Shown here piece by piece: positions 1 through 8,799 of a DNA stretch of 64,000 nucleotides. The notes beneath the pieces were generated by a model. It had not been told where the DNA came from, made no database searches, and saw nothing but the letters and a program-made list of their open reading frames with translations. Positions within the stretch are counted from its first letter, which is position 1. Each line of letters starts with the position of its first letter. A program made the translations under genes and the position numbers. The stretch is from contig CAKZLY010000021.1 of assembly GCA_937127445.1 (NCBI GenBank), positions 15,886 to 79,885 of the forward strand. Reading direction: 5' to 3'. Origin of the DNA: an uncultured Ignavibacteria bacterium. GTDB taxonomy: Bacteria > Bacteroidota > Ignavibacteria > Kapaibacteriales > UBA2268.

Positions 1-1
1 C

Positions 2-475
2 TTCATTCCTGAACGGCACATTCATTTCATTGAGCAAAACGGCTTCAGTTTAGCACATTTTTTCGAGTCCGCAAACAAATTCGAAAGTTTTTTAAGTAAT
101 TTAATATTAAATGATACATCGGACGAAATTTTTGAACAGGTGAAAAACGAAATTCAACAAAGTTTTTCGCATCTGACTTCTATTCTAAGCGAAACCGACA
201 TTTCTCTCATTAGAACTTTGGAGAGCTACTCCCACAAATCATCTGAGTTCGTTGACAACTTACATAAGAAGTATATTTCCGCTCTCAAAAAGAAAAATTC
301 CGATTACATAGGAAAGTTTAGAAAAATTCGAAGTATTATTCTGCCAAACGAACGTTTGCAAGAAAGGCAAATTTCACCAATAAATTTCATAAATATTTAT
401 GGATTTGAAAATTTTTCTAAAATTTTAAATGAAATAGCCGATAATTACGTTAAAGGATTTATAATTTATTCATAA
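2..475 (+). CDS. Hypothetical protein, 5'-truncated at window edge. The frame is open from nt 2; ORF track starts at GTG 140.
   Basis: No stop codon in frame from position 2 to 475, so it continues upstream of the window. No recognisable motifs. Confidence 0.35.
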   Translation, partial: FIPERHIHFIEQNGFSLAHFFESANKFESFLSNLILNDTSDEIFEQVKNEIQQSFSHLTSILSETDISLIRTLESYSHKSSEFVDNLHKKYISALKKKNSDYIGKFRKIRSIILPNERLQERQISPINFINIYGFENFSKILNEIADNYVKGFIIYS

Positions 476-478
476 TTC

Positions 479-1126
479 ATGGATGAACTCATGCAAATTC
501 TTAGCGTACAATCGCTTGAAATAGACGAGATACAAATTATTCGTTTCGAAAAGTTTATCGACGAACGAGGCTATTTTACAGAAACCTACCGCGAAGACGA
601 TTTCTACGGAATTGACGAGCTTGCATTTATCAGGCGGTATGATTTTTTGCAGTTCAACGAATCATTTTCATATAAAAATACATTTCGTGGCTTTCACTTC
701 CAATGGAATCCTCATATGGGCAAATTAGTACGCTGCATAAGCGGGAATTTGCTTGATATGGCAATAGATATTCGCAAAGATTCAGAAACTTTTGGCAAAA
801 TTATTGCGTACGAACTTTCGGGTGCTCCAGATCTTGATTATTCAGAATGGATGTGGATACCGCCCGGATTTGCTCACGGAATGCTACTTACGAAGGATAG
901 CTACGTGCAGTATCTTTGCAGTGGGACTTATAATCCACGTTGCGAAGGAGTTATTTCGCCGTTGGCAGAAGACATTGATTGGTCGTTGTGCGACAAACGA
1001 ATTGCAAAGAAAATCAAGCAAGCGTTTAACAAAGATGTCTTAGTAAAAGAACGCGATTTGCAAGGTATGACACTTGCTCAGTGGAAGAGCAACAAGGCGT
1101 CTGATAAGTTTTTGAATATAGATTAG
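479..1126 (+). CDS. rfbC: dTDP-4-dehydrorhamnose 3,5-epimerase (RmlC)
   Basis: RmlC cupin motifs: ERGxFxExYR, FRGFHFQ, GKLVRC, DxAxDIR, WIPPGFAHG. Confidence 0.85.
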   Translation: MDELMQILSVQSLEIDEIQIIRFEKFIDERGYFTETYREDDFYGIDELAFIRRYDFLQFNESFSYKNTFRGFHFQWNPHMGKLVRCISGNLLDMAIDIRKDSETFGKIIAYELSGAPDLDYSEWMWIPPGFAHGMLLTKDSYVQYLCSGTYNPRCEGVISPLAEDIDWSLCDKRIAKKIKQAFNKDVLVKERDLQGMTLAQWKSNKASDKFLNID

Positions 1127-1127
1127 T

Positions 1128-2009
1128 ATGGACACAAAAGGCATAATTTTAGCAGGAGGCAAAGGAACGCGCCTTTATCCGATGACGTCTGTAATCAGCA
1201 AGCAACTACTGCCGATTTACGACAAGCCTATGATTTATTATCCGCTTTCCACTTTGATGCTTGCTGATATTCGTAACATTCTTATTATTTCTACACCGCG
1301 AGACCTTCCTTCGTTCCGCACCCTGCTTGGCGATGGTTCGCAATGGGGAATTAATCTGCAATACGCCGAACAACCTCACCCCGGAGGATTGCCCGAAGCA
1401 TTCATAATTGGTGCTGACTTCATCGGAGATAGCCAGAGCGTTTTGATTTTGGGCGATAATTTGTTCTATGGCGACCTTACATTTTTCCGTAAATCGCTTG
1501 AAAAAAACAATGGCGGAACAATTTTCGCTTACAATGTAGAAAAGCCACAAATGTACGGCGTAGTTGAGTTCGACAAAAGTGGTAATGTCCTTTCAATCGA
1601 GGAAAAACCGGAGAACCCGAAATCTAACTTTGCAATTCCGGGACTTTATATTTTTGACGAAAATGTTGTCGAAATTGCTCGCTCGCTTTCGCCAAGCAAC
1701 CGTGGCGAACTTGAAATAGTGGACATACACAAGCACTACTTGCGTCAGAACAGGTTGAAAGTGGCACCCATTGGGCGAGGAGTTGCCTGGCTCGATACGG
1801 GCACGCCCGAGAATTTCACCGAAGCATCGCTATTTATTATGTCCATAGAGAAGCGTCAGGGCACAAAAATTGCTTGTTTGGAAGAAATCGCATTAAATCG
1901 TAGCTTTATCTCGCTCGAACAGTTTGAAAACACAATGAATGAAATGGCGGATTGCAATTACAAAAAGTATTTGCAAAAAGTATTTGAAATGATAAAATTA
2001 TCATTGTGA
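1128..2009 (+). CDS. rfbA: Glucose-1-phosphate thymidylyltransferase (RmlA)
   Basis: N-terminal GIILAGGKGTRLYPMT nucleotidyltransferase motif plus YDKPMIYYPLSTLMLAxIR. Length is typical for RmlA. Confidence 0.9.
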   Translation: MDTKGIILAGGKGTRLYPMTSVISKQLLPIYDKPMIYYPLSTLMLADIRNILIISTPRDLPSFRTLLGDGSQWGINLQYAEQPHPGGLPEAFIIGADFIGDSQSVLILGDNLFYGDLTFFRKSLEKNNGGTIFAYNVEKPQMYGVVEFDKSGNVLSIEEKPENPKSNFAIPGLYIFDENVVEIARSLSPSNRGELEIVDIHKHYLRQNRLKVAPIGRGVAWLDTGTPENFTEASLFIMSIEKRQGTKIACLEEIALNRSFISLEQFENTMNEMADCNYKKYLQKVFEMIKLSL

Positions 2010-2062
2010 AAATAATTATATTTTATTAATTTGTTAATTATATTGTTATTTATAGAATTGCT

Positions 2063-2491
2063 ATGGCTAAAAAAAGAGTAATAAAGACAAACTACTTCGG
2101 CGAGTTGGAAATAGACGAGGAGTATATTTTTAAATTCAAAGATGGAATGCTCGGATTTGAAGATTTGCATGATTATATATTAATCAGCGAGGAATCAACC
2201 GCGCCTTTTAAATGGCTAATATCTGTTGACGAGCCAGAAATAGGGTTTCCTCTGCTTAGTCCATGGCATATAGACGTATATTACGATCCCGGGATTAATT
2301 ATGACCTCGAAAAGCAAGTGCTTTTTGTGGTAATCACTTTGGAGGACGAAAACGGCGAGATGAGCGCTAATATGAAAGCGCCGGTTATATTCAACATCGA
2401 GAAGCAAACAGGAGAACAAATTATCTTGCCATCAGACAAATACACAACAAACTGTGTCATTGCAAAAAAGCAAAAAACTATAAAGGAATAG
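2063..2491 (+). CDS. fliW: Flagellar assembly factor FliW
   Basis: FliW (DUF180)-like sequence: GELEIDEEYIFKFKDGMLGFEDL ... FKWLISVDEPEIGFPLLSPW. Lies immediately upstream of csrA. Confidence 0.85.
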   Translation: MAKKRVIKTNYFGELEIDEEYIFKFKDGMLGFEDLHDYILISEESTAPFKWLISVDEPEIGFPLLSPWHIDVYYDPGINYDLEKQVLFVVITLEDENGEMSANMKAPVIFNIEKQTGEQIILPSDKYTTNCVIAKKQKTIKE

Positions 2492-2495
2492 CAAA

Positions 2496-2789
2496 ATGTT
2501 AGTTCTATCAAGGAAGATAGGAGAAGTAATCACTATCGGCAATTCAATTCAGATTACTGTTTTGAGTTACGATCGTGGGGTAGTGCGTTTGGGCATAGAA
2601 GCGCCCAAATCGGTGCCTGTGCACCGCAAGGAAATATACGAGAAGATAATCCAGATTAATCGTCAGGCAGCAAAAACTCAGCTAATGGCACTAAAAGATG
2701 CAATTGCAAATTCCAATATTAAGTTTTCGCACCTAATTGACGAAGATATTAATAGCATAGCCATAAAAAAATTAAATAACAAGGAATAA
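2496..2789 (+). CDS. csrA: Carbon storage regulator CsrA, with a ~35-aa C-terminal extension
   Basis: MLVLSRKIGEVITIG...ITVL...VRLGIEAPK..VHRKEI matches the CsrA fold signature. At 97 aa it is longer than the 61-aa E. coli CsrA. Confidence 0.9.
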   Translation: MLVLSRKIGEVITIGNSIQITVLSYDRGVVRLGIEAPKSVPVHRKEIYEKIIQINRQAAKTQLMALKDAIANSNIKFSHLIDEDINSIAIKKLNNKE

Positions 2790-2793
2790 TAAC

Positions 2794-3429
2794 ATGGCTG
2801 AATATTCTGCATTAATAATTGACGATGACGTTTGGATGCAGAGGATTTTGTCCAAAACATTAGCAAGTTATGGTTTCAAGACCTCATATCTGGCGTCCGA
2901 TGGATATAATGGCATCGCACTTGCGGTGGAGCATCTGCCAACACTGATTATCATTGATATTCTTATGCCCGAACTGTCCGGACATCAAACACTGAAAATT
3001 TTGAAGTACATCAAAACTACTAAGAATATTCCGGTAATAATGGTTTCTGCTCTTTCCGACGTAGAAAATTTAGGTTTAGCGGTCAAAAATGGCATATCCG
3101 GGTTTATTTCCAAACCTTTCACCAAAGCAACTGTTTATGATAAACTTGTAGATATTTTTGGCACTGAAAAATTAGAATTGATAATAAAAGGTATCCCGAT
3201 AGACCCAGAAGAATTGTATGTAAATGAAAAGGTATTAGCACAAAAACAGGAAGAGATGCTCGAAGCGATTTCAGGCACAAAAGAACCACCCCCAGCCGAG
3301 CCGACGCCCACTTCGGAAGAAAAACCTACACCCGTTGTCAAATCAGACACTATTTTGAAGCATTATCAAGAAGACGAAAAGAAAAGTATAGAATCTATCA
3401 AAAAGCTTCTGCTGAAGAACCGTAAGTAA
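2794..3429 (+). CDS. Single-domain CheY-like response regulator with a Pro/Glu/Thr-rich C-terminal tail
   Basis: Receiver motifs: acidic pocket IIDDD, phospho-acceptor in IIIDILMPELSG, conserved SKPF lysine. Its start is 4 nt after the csrA stop and it has an AAGGAA ribosome-binding site. Confidence 0.7.
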   Translation: MAEYSALIIDDDVWMQRILSKTLASYGFKTSYLASDGYNGIALAVEHLPTLIIIDILMPELSGHQTLKILKYIKTTKNIPVIMVSALSDVENLGLAVKNGISGFISKPFTKATVYDKLVDIFGTEKLELIIKGIPIDPEELYVNEKVLAQKQEEMLEAISGTKEPPPAEPTPTSEEKPTPVVKSDTILKHYQEDEKKSIESIKKLLLKNRK

Positions 3430-3430
3430 A

Positions 3431-3688
3431 CTATTCTTGTTTATCCAACTCATTCAAAATACGTTGAGCGGTTTCCCTCAGAACTTCCGGAGAATTATAG
3501 TAACCCGAAGAAATACGTGAAAAAATACGAGAGAGCTTTTGAGCTTCACTTGAAATAGATAATGTATCGCCTCCCAATGTAGCGGACGTTTTTCCCGATG
3601 AAGTTTTTGATTTGTCCTTCTTATCAGAAACCCGCTCGTTATCTTTAGGTCCCGACACTCCCTGCGGTTTTATTGAACTGATATCCAT
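3431..3688 (-). CDS. flgM: Anti-sigma-28 factor FlgM
   Basis: Small (85 aa), disordered Ser/Lys-rich N-terminus, and the conserved C-terminal helix region ...YNSPEVLRETAQRIL. Sits among flagellar late genes. Confidence 0.55.
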   Translation of the reverse strand: MDISSIKPQGVSGPKDNERVSDKKDKSKTSSGKTSATLGGDTLSISSEAQKLSRIFSRISSGYYNSPEVLRETAQRILNELDKQE

Positions 3689-3700
3689 ATCACACCTTGA

Positions 3701-4048
3701 TTATTTTGAATAAATTAATACCGCTTTTTGTTTATTCAGTTGCTTTAATTTTTCTCCTGTATCCTTAGTCTTCTTTCGCAACAATTCTAAATTAACAGAA
3801 TCCATTTTAACAATCAAATTGATTTTTTCATTCCATTCATCTTGTTGTTTAGCAACAAATTCCTTGCCAATATCTGTTTCGAGCAAAGATTTCAGATAAA
3901 GGATGTTTTTCTCTCTTTCTTCGTAAAGATAAGAAATTTTCTCGAGATCTTCGAGTTCGAAATTGCCATTATCCAGTGATTCGAAAATACTTCTAGTATT
4001 TTCGAGAACAAGTTCGATGTTTTTCAGTATTTCATTATACTTTTGCAT
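3701..4048 (-). CDS. Flagellar export chaperone-like protein (FliT/FlgN-like?), hypothetical
   Basis: 115 aa, helical, acidic. Positioned between flaG and flgM on the same strand. No diagnostic motif. Confidence 0.25.
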   Translation of the reverse strand: MQKYNEILKNIELVLENTRSIFESLDNGNFELEDLEKISYLYEEREKNILYLKSLLETDIGKEFVAKQQDEWNEKINLIVKMDSVNLELLRKKTKDTGEKLKQLNKQKAVLIYSK

Positions 4049-4481
4049 TAGCTATTTGTCCTTCACCTTCGAGATGGCTAACAATTCTTGCAATCTTTAG
4101 AGCAATTTCAGACGGTAATTGCTGAATTACTTCTTTTGTTTTGTTATCAATAACACGTAAAATCATTTTGTTTGTATCTTTGTCTATGGAAAATTCGAGA
4201 AAAACATCGGATTCTTTAATGATATTCTTGAGTTTTTCCCCCAGTTCTTTTAAATCAGAATTCACTTTATTTTTAAATTCCTTTTCTTTCGTCTTAACTT
4301 CTTCGGTCTGGGTTTCCTTATCAAGTTTTGCACCGACAGAAGACCCTTCTTCCTTATCAGAGCTAAATTCTGCCTTAAACTGCTCGGCGAGCAGGGCAAA
4401 TCGCTCTTTTTTGGTCTCCAGCTGCAAATCTTCGAGAGAGGTCTCTCTTATTGCAGCAGTGGGCTGAATTCCATTTATCAT
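4035..4481 (-). CDS. flaG: Flagellar protein FlaG
   Basis: C-terminal FlaG-like segment: FSIDKDTNKMILRVIDNKTKEVIQQLPSEIALKIA. Directly downstream of fliD, as in Bacillus. Confidence 0.55.
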   Translation of the reverse strand: MINGIQPTAAIRETSLEDLQLETKKERFALLAEQFKAEFSSDKEEGSSVGAKLDKETQTEEVKTKEKEFKNKVNSDLKELGEKLKNIIKESDVFLEFSIDKDTNKMILRVIDNKTKEVIQQLPSEIALKIARIVSHLEGEGQIANAKV

Positions 4482-4497
4482 TTTGGACCTCTTTTAA

Positions 4498-6018
4498 TTA
4501 TTGTCCTAATGTTGCTTGTTGAGCAATCAAGCTATTATAGCCCGAGCTTAATGAAGAAGTTGACATTGTAGAAAGCAAAGAGTATTGTCCTTGCGCCTGT
4601 AAGAACACTTTCAGATAACTTTCATATTCTTTTCTGAGGCTTTGAGCTTGTTGCTCTATGCTTGCTTCAATAGAAGCAATTCTTTTATCTATATTAGTAA
4701 TTTCTCTTGTAATAGACTCATTTCTTACCTTCAAAAGCCCGCTATTACCACCTTGTGGTTTGAGATTGTAAATAACTTCATTGATTTTTGCAACAAACCC
4801 CGTTTCGGAAGTGAAAAGTTTGGCAATATTTTCAGCCCCGTTATCTTTTGCGAGAAATTCTTTTAATTTATCTTTGTCGCTTAGAACTAAAGTACCATCA
4901 TTATTTACTTTAAATCCAATATCAGTTAATCGCTTTGGAACATCTAAGTCGTTCGAGGGATTTAGAACGGATGTTCCAATAGATCTTAATCTTTGTTGCA
5001 GCGAAGAGATTGAAGTGTCTTGCCTTTGTATATCTTTATTTTGATTTAAATTGAACAAAACGCCGTTATATTCTTTAATCAAAGCATCGACGAAGCTTTC
5101 AAATCCATCTACATCTATATCGGTGGTAATTCCGATTGGTTGGGCATCGGCTGCTTGTGGTTTCAATAAGTTAATAGTAAGCCCCGGCAGCACATCTTTT
5201 ACTTCGTTTGAATTTCTAGTAATAGCGATACCATTTGCATCGAAGCTTGCATTAAGGAGCGATGCATCGGATACTTTATAGCCAGCCGAAGCACCGTTGA
5301 TAGTGGTTCGGGCGTTCGGATCTGTGAAAAGCGAAGTAGTCCAGCCAAGTAATTCAGTAGTTGATGTTTGAGTAAAAGTAATTTTATTATTTTCGCCGGT
5401 TTCTTTGGACATAAGAGAAATTCTTCCGGTTGTTTCGGTATCTTTCACAAGTGAAGCGCTAATTTTAACATCTTTAATTCCGTTAATAGCATTGACAATT
5501 TTTCTCATTGCTTCTTCGTTGGTTTCGCTTCCAGTGAAATTGACCGTAACGGTATAAGTTTTGTCGTTAACGGAGAGGTCGAAAGACTTTTCGCCAGCAG
5601 TTTCTCCGAACGAATTAGAAAGATTAAGTCTGTTGGAAACCAGCACATCATTTGTAGCGATGCGATTCACTTTAATGGAATTAGACCCAACTATGGCATT
5701 TCCGTCTGCTTTTACTGTAAAATAATCATTATCAGAGACTGTCGCTTTACGAGTTTTAAACTTGTCATTAATTCCGCTTGTAGGCGTAAATGTAAAATTA
5801 TCGCCAACCTTCTTATATTCGCCAAATTTATCGAGTTGAGCAATAAGCGAGTTAAGCTTACTATTCAAATTATTATAAAACTTCTGGCGAGTTTGAAGCG
5901 TTTGTTTGCGCGATTGCAAACCTTCCGTGCGAGTTGCTTGCGATTTTTTATAGGATTCAACAAGCAATTCGCTATAAGATTTGTCGCTACCTGATATTCC
6001 AAATGAGTCTATTGCCAT
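4498..6018 (-). CDS. fliD: Flagellar filament cap protein FliD (HAP2)
   Basis: FliD N-terminus (GISGSDKSYSELLVESYKKSQ..RTEGLQSRKQTLQTRQKFYNNLNSKL) and C-terminal coiled-coil FliD_C region. 506 aa. Confidence 0.85.
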   Translation of the reverse strand: MAIDSFGISGSDKSYSELLVESYKKSQATRTEGLQSRKQTLQTRQKFYNNLNSKLNSLIAQLDKFGEYKKVGDNFTFTPTSGINDKFKTRKATVSDNDYFTVKADGNAIVGSNSIKVNRIATNDVLVSNRLNLSNSFGETAGEKSFDLSVNDKTYTVTVNFTGSETNEEAMRKIVNAINGIKDVKISASLVKDTETTGRISLMSKETGENNKITFTQTSTTELLGWTTSLFTDPNARTTINGASAGYKVSDASLLNASFDANGIAITRNSNEVKDVLPGLTINLLKPQAADAQPIGITTDIDVDGFESFVDALIKEYNGVLFNLNQNKDIQRQDTSISSLQQRLRSIGTSVLNPSNDLDVPKRLTDIGFKVNNDGTLVLSDKDKLKEFLAKDNGAENIAKLFTSETGFVAKINEVIYNLKPQGGNSGLLKVRNESITREITNIDKRIASIEASIEQQAQSLRKEYESYLKVFLQAQGQYSLLSTMSTSSLSSGYNSLIAQQATLGQ

Positions 6019-6035
6019 AGTCAGAGCCTCCTTCG

Positions 6036-6389
6036 CTATTCAAGATTAAAGGCTTTAGCCCAAGCGTTGCGAAGTTCGGAAATGATGTAAAGCGCTTCGT
6101 CGTATTTTTTCTGGAAAATACATCTTTGACAATATTCATAAAGCCGATAGAGACGGGTTGCAGTTTCTTCGTATTCGAAATTAAGAGCACCCATAAGTTC
6201 AACAAGCACTCTGCTCATTTTATTAACATCCTGTCTTTTGCAGCTTACAATGAATAAATCATACATTTTAAGGATAATTTTTTCTTTGCTCCACGAAAGG
6301 ACTTCCTGTTCGAGATAAGCAGGAATTTTTTTGTCTTTTCCGCCACCATACATTTTCGAGGCGGCAAGTTGTTGTGCTTGTGTCAACAT
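6036..6389 (-). CDS. fliS: Flagellar export chaperone FliS
   Basis: FliS family: YLEQEVLSWSKEKIILKMYD ... ELMGALNFEYEETATRLYRLYEY. About 117 aa. Confidence 0.85.
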   Translation of the reverse strand: MLTQAQQLAASKMYGGGKDKKIPAYLEQEVLSWSKEKIILKMYDLFIVSCKRQDVNKMSRVLVELMGALNFEYEETATRLYRLYEYCQRCIFQKKYDEALYIISELRNAWAKAFNLE

Positions 6390-6420
6390 AAATTCATCCT
6401 CACATTTTGTTTTTTAAATG

Positions 6421-6450
6421 GAGCGGTATCTTCCTGATACCGCTCTTTAG
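6421..6450 (-). terminator. Hairpin downstream of flagellin copy 1 (weak intrinsic terminator)
   Basis: GAGCGGTAT-loop-ATACCGCTC stem between the flagellin stop and fliS. The T-tract is poor. Confidence 0.3.
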
Positions 6451-6472
6451 TTAAAGCAAAAACTATGCCCAA

Positions 6473-7450
6473 TTACCTAAACAATTGCAAGAATTGTTGT
6501 GGGTTTTGGTTCGCTTGGGCAAGCGAAACAAGCGATGCTTGCTGCAAGAACTGAGACTTAATTAGCTCCATTTGTTCTGTTGCAACATCTGCATCTTCAA
6601 TACGTGATATTGCAGCTTTGTAATTTGTAATTTGCGATTTAAGCACATTTTCCTGTGAATTGATACGAACCTCAATTCCGCCGAGGTACGATGCGACTTT
6701 GTTAATATTATCAATAGCCATAGCAAGCGATGAAATTGTTCGAGTAATAGCAGAAGTAGCCCCTACGTTATTAAATATACCAAGGTTAGATGCTGAAACA
6801 GAGTTTAGGTCTTCAAGATTCAGTCCTGCAACTCCAGCAAAGTTTGTTGCAGCACCAGTTGTAGTGCCACGGACAGCAGTTGCTTCGCTTGTGGCATTCA
6901 AATCGAAGATACCATTAACATTAAAATCAGGATTGCTTGTAGTTAAGTCAATTCTAATTTTCATTAAGTTGTTGTTTGCGTAGTAACCAGTAACCCACTC
7001 ACCTGTAAAGTTACCTTGAAGTAGTTGCTTGCCGCCGAACACAGTTGAGTCTGTTATAAACTGAATTTGCTGAGCAAGGCGGTATGCACCTTTTGCGAGA
7101 GCAACTTTTTCGTCAGTTCCCAAAGCTCCTGATGATGCTGTTGCAGCGGCATCTTTGATTTGGGTAACAAGGGTACTAATCTGGTCAAGAGCATCTTGAG
7201 CTATTGATGTAACGTTTTTCGCATCGCCTGCTGAATTGAGTGCAGCTTTCAATGCACCATTGCGAGCTTGCAATGCACGTGATGTAATGTAACCAGAAAC
7301 GTCGTCAGCGGCAGAGTTAATTCTCTTGCCTGTCGATAAACGTAGTTGGCGCAAAGCAATATTATTGCTGGACGCCGTTAAAGAGTTGTAAGCATTTTCC
7401 GCGGGAATATTCGTCCGTATTCTTGAATCACCGCTAATTGCTGTTGGCAT
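6473..7450 (-). CDS. fliC: Flagellin (copy 1)
   Basis: Flagellin N- and C-terminal helical domains: LRLSTGKRINSAADDVSGY near the N-terminus and ...QASLVSLAQANQNPQQFLQLFR at the C-terminus. Has its own sigma-28 promoter. Confidence 0.85.
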   Translation of the reverse strand: MPTAISGDSRIRTNIPAENAYNSLTASSNNIALRQLRLSTGKRINSAADDVSGYITSRALQARNGALKAALNSAGDAKNVTSIAQDALDQISTLVTQIKDAAATASSGALGTDEKVALAKGAYRLAQQIQFITDSTVFGGKQLLQGNFTGEWVTGYYANNNLMKIRIDLTTSNPDFNVNGIFDLNATSEATAVRGTTTGAATNFAGVAGLNLEDLNSVSASNLGIFNNVGATSAITRTISSLAMAIDNINKVASYLGGIEVRINSQENVLKSQITNYKAAISRIEDADVATEQMELIKSQFLQQASLVSLAQANQNPQQFLQLFR

Positions 7451-7522
7451 AAGCCCCTCCCAAAGTAAAGTATTATTTTGGTGCCTCCTCCACCAAAAAT
7501 TTACATCCTAATCTTATTTATA

Positions 7523-7549
7523 TTATCGGCAATTATAACAAAAACTTTA
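7523..7549 (-). promoter_or_regulatory. Sigma-28 (FliA) promoter for flagellin copy 1
   Basis: Minus strand reads TAAA-N15-GCCGATAA, a perfect match to the sigma-28 consensus, about 75 nt upstream of the start codon. Confidence 0.7.
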
Positions 7550-7585
7550 ATAAAAAAGGACGGAAATTTTTCCGTCCCGAAAAAT
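7550..7585 (-). terminator. Rho-independent terminator of flagellin copy 2
   Basis: Minus strand: GGGACGG-loop-CCGTCC followed by TTTTTTATT. Confidence 0.65.
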
Positions 7586-7625
7586 TATTTTTCTTAATTT
7601 TCTATCCAGCTAATTCAAAATAATT

Positions 7626-8612
7626 TTATCTGAATAGCTGCAAGAACTGTTGTGGATTTTGGTTGGCCTGGCTTAATGATACCAAAGAAGCTTGCTGCAA
7701 GAATTGTGACTTAATGAGTTCCATTTGTTCTGTTGCAACATCTGCATCTTCGATACGCGAAATAGCTGCTTTGTAGTTTGTGATTTGAGATTTCAACATT
7801 GCTTCCTGCGAGTTGATACGCACCTCAATACCACCAAGATATGATGCAACTTTGTTAATGTTGTCAATTGCCATTGCAAGTGATTGCAAGGTTCTAACAA
7901 CATTGGACTTACCAGTCGAATCATTTAAGTAACCGAAATAGCCCAAATCTGAGGAACTGATATTGTTGAACTCTTCCAAATTTAAGCCTGTAACACCTGC
8001 AAAGTTATTCGATGCGCCAGATACTGAACCACGAACGGCAGTTGCTTCGCTTGTAGCATTCAAGTCGAACAATCCATTGACGTTAAAGTCCCTGTTGTTC
8101 ACAGTGAGGTCAATGGAAATTTTCATCAAATCGTTGTTTGCATAGTAACCAGTAACCCACTCACCTGTAAAGTTACCTTGAAGTAGTTGCTTGCCGCCGA
8201 ACACAGTTGAGTCTGTTATAAACTGAATTTGCTGAGCAAGGCGGTATGCGCCTTTTGCGAGAGCAACTTTTTCGTCGGTGCCCAAAGCTCCTGATGATGC
8301 AGTTGCAGTAGCGTCCTTAATTTGAGCCATTAATGAGTAAATCTGGTCAAGAGCATCCTGCGCAATAGATGTTACGTTCTTTGCATCTCCGGCAGAGTTG
8401 AGAGCAGCTTTCAAGGCACCATTGCGAGCTTGCAATGCACGTGAAGTGATATAGCCCGATACATCATCAGCTGCTGAGTTAATGCGTTTGCCTGTGGAAA
8501 GGCGCAGCTGGCGTAGAGCTATGTTACTGCTTGATGCTGATAATGCATTATAGGCATTTTCTGCCGGGATGTTGGTACGAATGCGGCTATCTCCGCTAAT
8601 TGCTGATGGCAT
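7626..8612 (-). CDS. fliC: Flagellin (copy 2, tandem paralog)
   Basis: Same conserved termini as copy 1 with a divergent central domain. Has its own sigma-28 promoter. Confidence 0.85.
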   Translation of the reverse strand: MPSAISGDSRIRTNIPAENAYNALSASSSNIALRQLRLSTGKRINSAADDVSGYITSRALQARNGALKAALNSAGDAKNVTSIAQDALDQIYSLMAQIKDATATASSGALGTDEKVALAKGAYRLAQQIQFITDSTVFGGKQLLQGNFTGEWVTGYYANNDLMKISIDLTVNNRDFNVNGLFDLNATSEATAVRGSVSGASNNFAGVTGLNLEEFNNISSSDLGYFGYLNDSTGKSNVVRTLQSLAMAIDNINKVASYLGGIEVRINSQEAMLKSQITNYKAAISRIEDADVATEQMELIKSQFLQQASLVSLSQANQNPQQFLQLFR

Positions 8613-8693
8613 AATAAACCTCCATGTAAATTAATTGTTTTTTCGGGCATCCTGCCATCAATATTTATTTTTAGTCCTATCTTCTTATTTTAT

Positions 8694-8720
8694 TTTTCGG
8701 CATTTTTCTGAAAAACTTTA
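8694..8720 (-). promoter_or_regulatory. Sigma-28 (FliA) promoter for flagellin copy 2
   Basis: Minus strand reads TAAA-N15-GCCGAAAA (one mismatch to GCCGATAA), about 80 nt upstream of the start. Confidence 0.6.
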
Positions 8721-8799
8721 ATCCTTCAATGTTTTTCAGATTTGCATTTTCCTTTCATTCATATTATCGTCAACTTTTTTCTTTACTTTAGCATTTTTT

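Noticed and set aside
792-1043. ORF 792..1043 (+) inside rmlC in another frame, and 1206..1550 (-) antisense to rmlA
   Set aside because: Both overlap strongly conserved enzyme genes. No independent support.
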